Notes under the pieces: generated by a model
Told to the model about the DNA's origin: nothing
Databases searched by the model: none
What the model saw: the letters and a program-made list of their open reading frames with translations, nothing else
Shown here: piece after piece, positions 1 to 6,132 of the stretch
Layout: the number at the start of each line of letters is the position of its first letter
Position numbering within the stretch: the stretch's first letter is position 1
Position numbers and translations under genes: made by a program
Source of the DNA: Octopus sinensis
Taxonomy: Eukaryota
Assembly: GCF_006345805.1 (NCBI RefSeq)
Contig: NW_021829710.1
Span: 1 to 6,195, forward strand
DNA: 6,195 bases
Direction: 5' to 3'

Positions 1-287
1 GAGAAAGAGAGGGGTTGCAGCTTTATTGCAGTTGGCATCAGCGATATTCAAAATCTCAATGCCTTTTATTGTCATTGTATGAGAATTCCCTTTGTAGTGG
101 AAAGCTGCAATGATGATTCATGCATTTAAAAGAACAAAGCAAAAATAACAACATAGATGGGAACATACGTGGAAAAAAAGCATGATAGGGTGTTGTTTTT
201 GTATTTGTTTTTGTTTTTTTCTTTTTGACAATAACAAATACCAAAAAAAACCCCCCAAAAAACAACGAAATAACAATAAGCTTTGCT

Positions 288-339
288 ACGCACGCACGCA
301 CGCACACACGCACGTGTACATGCATGAACACACGCACGC
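288..339. repeat. (GCAC)n/(CA)n microsatellite
   Basis: acgcacgcacgcacgcacacacgcacg...cacgcacgc read directly. Confidence 0.9.
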
Positions 340-399
340 TTGAACTAACGTTCAGGCTATGTATAAAACATTGTCCTTGTTATGCCATTCAGATGCTGG

Positions 400-620
400 A
401 GTGTTGAGCAACCTTAACTATGGAACGACATAGAAGACATAACCCCAAATTTCAACGTGATGGCAACAGCTTCGGACGAGTAGTGTTAGGCGTTCAACAG
501 TGTTTTAACTATGGAATGAAATCGTTGACATAATCGAAATTTTTAACGTATCGAAAACAACGTCGAGAATTAAGTTTCAAAGCTTGAACGATATGGTAGG
601 CATAATCGATATTGTAAATG
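400..620. repeat. Degenerate tandem repeat, ~91-bp period, two clear copies plus a shorter third
   Basis: TTAACTATGGAA at 414-425 and 505-516; GACATAA at 436 and 527 (both offsets 91 bp); AAATTTCAACGT versus AAATTTTTAACGT; third partial copy GCATAATCGATATTGTAAATGT from 600. Confidence 0.6.
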
Positions 621-786
621 TAGTGATTAATAACAAGATCGAATGTCGTGTTGTAAGTAAACTTATTTATAGAACCAAATAGAAGACAATATTATGTAAT
701 CCTCGGGCTGAATTCAGTTTGAAGTTGGGACCAGGCCGGAGCTTTGAATTATCGATGTGTGTGTATGTGTGCCCCCACGCGTGTGC

Positions 787-789
787 AAG

Positions 790-858
<69 letters not shown>

Positions 859-943
859 CGAGAGAGTGAGGAAGAGTGCGTGGGTGTGAGACAGACAAAG
901 AGAGACAGAGCGGGCGTGAGAAATAAATAAATAAATAAATACA

Positions 944-989
<46 letters not shown>

Positions 990-1028
990 AGGAAAGAGAG
1001 CAGAGAGACAGAGAGAAAAAGAGAAAAA
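787..1028. repeat. Compound purine-rich microsatellite: (GA)n, (AAAT)5, (GAAA)n
   Basis: (GA)n from 788 to ~862 continuing as degenerate GA; (AAAT)5 at 921-940; (GAAA)n at ~945-990; GA-rich to 1028. Confidence 0.95.
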
Positions 1029-1054
1029 TGTCCTTAAAACTACACCTTTCATTC

Positions 1055-1171
1055 TTATAACAGGAGACGTTGGATAACATGGCCTTGGTCATCGGCATAT
1101 AGCGAAAAGACTGGATGGTCACTTCTGAGTGCCCTTGGTCCAATATCTTCTCGATCAAGACTGACCTTGCG
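1055..1171 (-). CDS. Candidate terminal coding exon of an unidentified gene: RKVSLDREDIGPRALRSDHPVFSLYADDQGHVIQRLLL*
   Basis: Minus strand has a strong acceptor, TTTGTGTTTCATTTATTGCTTTTCCTTAG| (AG at 1173-1172). It is followed by 38 sense codons and TAA (1057-1055). The segment is non-repetitive, G-rich at codon position 1 and A/T-leaning at position 3. Minus-strand AATAAA at 70-65 and 27-22 could end a ~1 kb 3'UTR. No protein family recognised. Confidence 0.5.
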   Translation of the reverse strand, partial: RKVSLDREDIGPRALRSDHPVFSLYADDQGHVIQRLLL

Positions 1172-2067
1172 CTAAGGAAAAGCAATAAATGAAACACAAA
1201 GAGCTAAGCGAAAGAGCCACAATGTGGTCATTTGACTTACTAGAAGTAGCTGCCAGGATACATAAAATTACAGCCTACTGTCTTAAAAATGGGAAGGACG
1301 TCCAGGATAGCGAATAATTAGACCACCGTCCCACCGGACTACATAGTTCAGATACATCTTAGTGCTGTTATATTTCAAGTACCCTCACCGGAGAAAGTTT
1401 GTGACTTAAGGTGAACACAGCCAGGACCCTTTGACGATTCAAGTTAGTTGACTAGTCAAAACTATTGAAAAGGTTGCAAGACGCAACGAAAATTTTAGGA
1501 AAATAAAAATAAGAAAAAATGTGGAAATTTTACCGGTGCGTGTGTTACATTATAAGGCACAAAAAGATAATGACTCTCCCCAGACACAACTGACTAGTCA
1601 GAGTTCCACCACTTTTACGTTAATTATCCATGGCAACAGATGCAGTTCACTCCTAACTCACCAGAGACTGCTAAGCAGGCGAGGGAAGTTATCCTTTAAG
1701 ATAAATCTTATCACAACGAGTCGCACAGCTAAAACATGTTATCAAATAGCCTTGGAAGTTCGTTCATAGAAGGGCTGCAACAGTTTATGACAAAAACGAA
1801 GGCTACAACAAGTTGAAATGAAAAATAAAAGCGGTTTGGAAAAAAATAACCCAGACCTACAAACCGAAAGAACCACATGCCAGAAGCGGTTTAGCAGCGA
1901 CATCAATGAGAAGAATAACGATGACGTTAATAGCGTTGTGATGAGCTCATGACTATGAGTTCGTGTGTTCCAAGAAAACTCCATACTTGCCAGAATCTAT
2001 AGATTGTAGTTACTCCTATGATCTTCGATAGAAACGAAGCAAAGAAGTAATATTTCATTAGAAGTAA

Positions 2068-2241
2068 ATAGGCGTAGGAGTGGCTGTGTGGCAAGTAGCT
2101 TGCTTCCTAACCACATGGTTCCGGGTTCAGTCCCACTGCGTGGCACCTTGGGCAAGTGTCTTCTACTATAGCCTCGGGCCGACCAAAGCCTTGTGAGTGG
2201 ATTTGGGGATTTGGTAGACGTAAATTGAAAGAAGCCCGTCG
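2068..2241 (+). mobile_element. tRNA-derived CORE-type SINE, 5' half (octopus OR2-like)
   Basis: Head GGCGTAGGAGTGGCTGTGTGG with A-box-like TGGCTGTGTGG; B-box-like GGTTCAGTCCC (2124-2134); CORE-like GTGGCACCTTGGGCAAGTGTCTT (2140-2162); runs into (TA)n. Family label is from memory. Confidence 0.85.
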
Positions 2242-2264
2242 TATATATATATAATATATATATA

Positions 2265-2314
<50 letters not shown>

Positions 2315-2333
2315 TATATATACATATATATAT
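2242..2333. repeat. (TA)n microsatellite internal to the SINE
   Basis: ~90 bp of TA with a few interruptions directly after ...GAAGCCCGTCG. Confidence 0.95.
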
Positions 2334-2562
2334 TTCTTTACTACCCACAAGGGGCTAAACACAGAGAGGACAAACAAGGACAGACAAACGGATTAAGTCG
2401 ATTACATCGACCCCAGTGCGTAACTGGTACTTAATTTATCGACCCCGAAAGGATGAAAGGCAAAGTCGACCTCGACGGAATTTGAACTCAGAACGTAATG
2501 GCAGACAAAATACGGCTACGCATTTCGCCCGGCGTCCTAACGTTTCTGCCAGCTCGCCGCCT
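2334..2562 (-). mobile_element. Full-length tRNA-derived SINE with a Nin/Deu-like central domain, 15-bp TSD
   Basis: Minus strand reads AGGCGGCGAGCTGGCAGAAACGTTAG (A box), GAGTTCAAATTCC (B box, 2489-2477), then GGTCGACTTTGCCTTTCATCCTTTCGGGGTCGATAAATTAAGTACCAG. Flanked by TATACATATATATAT at 2319-2333 and 2563-2577, both with the same C interruption. Domain label is from memory. Confidence 0.88.
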
Positions 2563-2605
2563 TATACATATATATATGTGTGTGTGTGTGTGTGTGCCTG
2601 TGTGT

Positions 2606-2838
2606 ATCACGTCAGGTCGACGATGGGAAGGATGGCTTCCCTTTGCAAATACTGATAGGACACAGAAAGTGTGTCAATAGCCAACTGGAGAAGATGTTCT
2701 CCTGGGCCTACAAGCTACAGTAGCATCCACCCTTAGTGTTTAGCCATATTTAGATGGCAAATATACTTCACATTGTCGTGCAGCTAATGTTTATACCTCG
2801 TTCAGAGATTTATTATTGCTATATATATATATATATAT
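2606..2838 (+). mobile_element. Probable 5'-truncated retroposon 3' fragment with a (TA)n tail, family unidentified
   Basis: Complex sequence at 2606-2819 followed by (TA)n at 2820-2838. Bracketed by similar ACATATAT..(GT)n..GC..TGTGT blocks at 2566-2605 and 2840-2871. Confidence 0.4.
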
Positions 2839-2839
2839 G

Positions 2840-3078
2840 ACATATATGTGTGTGTGTGCGTGTTTGTGTGTCTGGGTTTGTTCCCTCAACATCGCTTGAC
2901 AACCGATGCTTGTGTGTTTACGTCCCCATAATTTAGCGGTTCGGCAAAAAGAGACCGATAGAATAAGTAACTAGGCTTACAAAGAATAAGTCCTGGGGTT
3001 CGATTTTCTCGACTAAAGGCGCTGCTCCAGCATGGCCGCAGCCGAATGACTGAAACAAGTAAAAGAATAAAAGAGTAA
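2840..3078 (+). mobile_element. 3' half of the OR2-like SINE
   Basis: (TA)/(TG) microsatellite, then CAACATCGCTTGACAACCGATGC...GGCAAAAAGAGACCGATAGAATAAG...CCAGCATGGCCGCAG...GACTGAAACAAG and a short tail AGTAAAAGAATAAAAGAGTAA. Matches my recollection of the 3' part of the octopus SINE whose head is at 2071. Confidence 0.75.
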
Positions 3079-3530
3079 CTTACGTATTGCGACATCTGTA
3101 GTTACGAATTAACGAGGCAGTATTTATTAAATGTCAGTACCTCAGGTGCTGAAATATCAGTGACTTACGTTTTAAAGAAGTAATATTTCATTCAATGTTG
3201 GCAGTTTATTAAAGAGGCAATATTTTGTAAGACCTTCCTAACTTACGTATAAAAACGTAAAGCCATCAATGAAACCGTATTTCATTAGACATCAGTAATT
3301 ACATATTTAAGAAGCAATATTGGTGTTGGTAACTTGCATATAGAAAAGCCGGTGACTTATATATTAAAGAAGCACCATTTCATTAGAATTCAGTTATTTA
3401 TGTATTAGAGAAGAAATATTCCATAAGATGCAGGTAATCTATGTATTAAAGAAATAATATTTACTAGACATCGGTAACTTAGATACGGAAACGTCAGTAA
3501 CTTACGTATTAAAGAAACAATTTTTATTAA
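3074..3530. repeat. Degenerate minisatellite, ~41-bp unit ATCAGTAACTTACGTATTAAAGAAGCAATATTTCATTAGAC, about 11-13 full and partial copies
   Basis: Recurrent AGT(A/G)ACTTAC/TAYGTATT, TTAAAGAAG/A and ATATTTCATTAGA motifs, for example units near 3155, 3291, 3351, 3390, 3431 and 3494. An orphan unit AAAGAAGTAATATTTCATTAGA lies at 2041-2062. Confidence 0.85.
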
Positions 3531-3912
3531 TCGTCTGATAACTCGTGAACTATTATTAGTTGTGCGCTGACACAGATTAACTATGAGATGTCTGCTGTCG
3601 CAGATTAACTATAGCCTTGAGCTTCTCGTCTGTGAACAGTTTATTGTATGATTTCAATATTGCTATCAATACGCTTTGTATATTTCGGACAAGATAATGC
3701 CAGTGTTATTTTCTGTTATTCCATTTTCTTTTCTTTTATGACTTAAAGCAGAAAAATTAGCGCCCATATTTTTTGGGCCCCTGAGAGTGGAGGCTGAGTT
3801 TAAATGTTTACAATTGAGAAGATTCCACTGACGTCCTCAAAGAGCAGGTGGTGGCGTTAAACAAAGTAATACATTAAGTTTATTATTCAAGAACAGAAAC
3901 AATGCATTTGGT

Positions 3913-3946
3913 AGGCTTCCACAGTTTCCGTTCAGCAAATTTCTCA
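3913..3946 (-). mobile_element. Possible short degraded fragment of an OR2-like SINE
   Basis: Minus-strand TGAGAAATTTGCTGAACGGAAACTGTGGAAGCC resembles TGAGTGGATTTGGTAGACGTAAATTGAAAGAAGCC at 2194-2236. Confidence 0.35.
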
Positions 3947-3992
3947 TCTATTGGCTTCCAACCGACAAATACCAGCTCCATCCTCACACAAA

Positions 3993-4213
3993 ATATTGGT
4001 TTCAAAGTTTGGTACAAGGCCAGCAATTTCAGGGGTGTGGGGAAGAAGTTGCTTACATCGATCCCTGTACTGGACTGGTTCTTATTTTGTCGACCCCGAA
4101 AAGATGAAAGGCAAACTCGACCCTGACGGCATTTCAACTCAAATTGTAAAGACGGATGAAATGCCGCTAAGCATTTTGCCCAGCCTGGTAACAATTCTGC
4201 CAGCTCGCTGCCT
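3993..4213 (-). mobile_element. Older SINE copy with the same head and Nin/Deu-like domain as 2334-2562 but a different 3' tail
   Basis: Minus strand reads AGGCAGCGAGCTGGCAGAATTGTTAC...GAGTTGAAATGCC...GGGTCGAGTTTGCCTTTCATCTTTTCGGGGTCGACAAAATAAGAACCAG, co-linear with 2562-2400. Tail is CCCCTGAAATTGCTGGCCTTGTACCAAACTTTGAAACCAATATT. Possible decayed TSD ATCCTCACAC (3980) / ATCCTGATAC (4214). Confidence 0.85.
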
Positions 4214-4327
4214 ATCCTGATACGAAGAATTTGAGCATTTTTGGCTCCTCTCTCCCCTTTTTATTAATGAGATGACAAAATAGATTTATTTCTAAATAAT
4301 TATTCTTTCTAAGGTATTCGACAAGTG

Positions 4328-4444
4328 TAATCCTTTAGCACTTAAACCGGTCACATCCAACCCAAATATTCCACCTGTTTGCTGTTCAAATCAACCAGAA
4401 CTATTCTCTTACATCTGCCCTACAAAGTCCTTATAAAAATAAAC
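4328..4444 (+). mobile_element. Probable terminal fragment of a TTAA-CCCTTT-type (piggyBac-like) MITE
   Basis: TAATCCTTTAGCACTTAAACCGG...CCCAAATATTCCACCTGTTT...CCCTACAAAGTC...AAAAATAAAC resembles an abundant octopus element I recall as beginning TTAACCCTTTAGCATTTAAACCGG. The opposite TIR is not visible, so support is from recall only. Confidence 0.45.
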
Positions 4445-4597
4445 CTATGATGAAAGGCATTCCAACCGGGACCATCTAGTTTTTTTTTCTTGGGTGAAAA
4501 ATACCCAGGACAAATGAATAGTTTCTAAGGTGGTAAAGTGTGATTCAAGGTAGATTTTGCAGACCAAGCTACACCGTAGATGGTGTTACGAAAAGGT

Positions 4598-4632
4598 CTT
4601 TCACGAGCCACAGGCTCATAAGGTCGGTTTCC
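4598..4632 (-). mobile_element. 3' end of the older host CORE-type SINE, separated from its body by the insertion
   Basis: Minus strand GGAAACCGACCTTATGAGCCTGTGGCTCGTGAAAG continues the host body that stops at 4957, and is homologous to the guest 3' end at 4899-4935. Confidence 0.75.
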
Positions 4633-4956
4633 TTTATGGAGTGGAGGCACATGGCCTAGTGGTTAGAGCAGCGGACTCGCGGTCGAGGGATCGCGGGTTC
4701 GAATCTCAGACCGGGCGACGTGTGTGCTTATGAGCGAAACACCTAAGTTCGACGCGGCTCCGACAGAAGGTAATGGCGAACTTCTGCTGACTCTTTCGCC
4801 ACAAATTTCTCTCACTCTTTCCTCCTGCATCTTGCAGCTCACCTGCGACGGACCGGCGTCCCGTCCAGGTGGGGAACCTATACGCCAAGGAAACCGGGGA
4901 ACCGGCCCTTATGAGCAAGACATGGCTCGAGAAGGAAACAAACAAACAAAAACAAA
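4633..4956 (+). mobile_element. Young full-length tRNA-derived SINE (guest), 13-bp TSD
   Basis: A box TGGCCTAGTGG (4652-4662), B box GGTTCGAATCT (4696-4706), CpG-rich body, module CCTGCGACGGACCGGCGTCCCGTCCA (4842-4867), (AAAC)n tail. Flanked by AAGGTCGGTTTCC (4620-4632) and AAGGTCAGTTTCC (4957-4969). Confidence 0.9.
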
Positions 4957-5190
4957 AAGGTCAGTTTCCCGGATTCTGTGGGGCTCTGTATCACCCCACC
5001 CACACCACCTTTGGACGAGACAACGGTCAGTCGTAAGATTATTCACTTTTACCAGTTGAGCAGATCGAAGTAAAGTGAAACGAAACGTTCTGCACGAAAA
5101 CATACCTCATCGTCAGGTCCAGGTATCGAAACCACAATCTTACGTTCATGAATGCAACACCCTAACCATTAAGCAGCGTGCCTCCACACC
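4957..5190 (-). mobile_element. Older host CORE-type SINE, head and body
   Basis: Minus strand GTGGAGGCACGCTGCTTAATGGTTAG (21/26 identical to the guest head), B-box-like GGTTTCGATACC (5133-5122), degraded CORE-like segment, and CTTACGACTGACCGTTGTCTCGTCCA (20/26 identical to guest 4842-4867). Confidence 0.82.
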
Positions 5191-5620
5191 ACTCATATAC
5201 CTTGGAAGATATAATGTCCTAAATAATCTACGATAACCTGCAATACTGTGTTTATAGTTAAAAAGGCTATTATACTTAATGTTTCTTTTAGAAAAAAGCC
5301 TGTTGAAAACTCTTGTCATCAAAACTGGCGCGTTTCCGAGATATTGACATTTTTTCTTCGGGAAAGAAATTGGAGCCAAATAGCCTAGATATTACATTAA
5401 ACGACGATGTAGTTCTAAATATAGTACTCCGATAAAAGATAAGAAATAAAAAAAAATAAAACAAACAAAAGGGATGGTCGTAGTTAAGAGGAAAGTCTGT
5501 GATCATAAGCATGATTAACCTGTGCTTACCAACGTATAAAACGACCGGTAGTGTCAATATATATGACCATTTTTATTATCATATTTAAAAAAAATTAAGC
5601 TTGTGAAGACAGAGTACTAT

Positions 5621-5817
5621 ACACACACACACACACACAGATAGATAGTTAGATAGATATAGATATATATATGTATGTATGTATATATATATGTATATAC
5701 TCATATATACATACATATATATATATAGATAGATAGACACATATATACATATACATACATACATGCATACATACACACACACACACACACATATATATAT
5801 ATGTATATACACATATA
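5621..5817. repeat. Compound microsatellite (CA)n-(TAGA)n-(TA)/(TATG)/(TACA)n
   Basis: Read directly from the sequence. Confidence 0.95.
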
Positions 5818-5867
5818 ACTTCGATAACTTTGATAGGTTTCGGCCAGTATAGGCCCCCACCACACAT

Positions 5868-5970
5868 GTAGGTATGTGTATATTATATATATATGTATGT
5901 GTGTGTGTGTGTGTTTATAAAAGTGTGTGTGTTTATATGTGTGTCTGTGTGTGTGTATGAGTGTGTACAC
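5868..5970. repeat. (TA)/(TG)n microsatellite
   Basis: Read directly from the sequence. Confidence 0.9.
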
Positions 5971-6026
5971 GTACTGAGGGGGAAAGAAAGAGAGCTTTAA
6001 TCTCACAAATGCAAGGAAAATACTTT

Positions 6027-6050
6027 TATATATACTATTATATATATATA

Positions 6051-6125
<75 letters not shown>

Positions 6126-6132
6126 CTACATA

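Noticed and set aside
667-1052. Long minus-strand ORFs (176 aa and 112 aa) with SLSLSL/FFLS runs
   Set aside because: They are translations of the GA/GAAA microsatellites. Only the 1046-1171 part is non-repetitive, and it is handled separately.
1088-1105. YADD motif as a reverse-transcriptase remnant
   Set aside because: There is no upstream QG/GP-LF motif at the right spacing, and the frame stops 10 codons later.
1997-2680. ORFs 1997-2377, 2107-2325, 2416-2655 and 2498-2680
   Set aside because: They run through (TA)n/(TG)n tracts and SINE sequence, giving YIYIYI and VCVC peptides.
3074-3530. Repeat array considered as a CRISPR array
   Set aside because: The units are contiguous and degenerate with no unique spacers, the context is eukaryotic, and there are no cas genes.
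3706-3850. Plus-strand pyrimidine tract with CAG and a short frame KLAPIFFGPLRVEAEFKCLQLRRFH*
   Set aside because: It is short, unrecognised, has no convincing donor, and lies on the opposite strand from the better exon candidate.
3883-4220. Three overlapping ORFs on both strands
   Set aside because: They coincide largely with a SINE copy and show no protein-family signal.
4641-4716. tRNA-like sequence with intact A and B boxes
   Set aside because: The acceptor and anticodon stems do not pair properly. It continues into a SINE body and (AAAC)n tail with a TSD, so it is a SINE head rather than a tRNA gene.
4706-5103. ORFs of 64-111 aa
   Set aside because: They lie within the nested SINE pair; the GC-rich SINE sequence explains the lack of stops.
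5290-5435. Protein-like frames and a CGTTTCCGAGATATT motif resembling DNA-transposon internal sequence
   Set aside because: No TIR, no TSD and no consistent splice sites; too weak to call.
5974-6000. Strong minus-strand acceptor-like CTCTCTTTCTTTCCCCCTCAG
   Set aside because: It is followed directly by microsatellite with no credible exon.
5585-6006. ORFs of 72-101 aa
   Set aside because: Microsatellite read-through.
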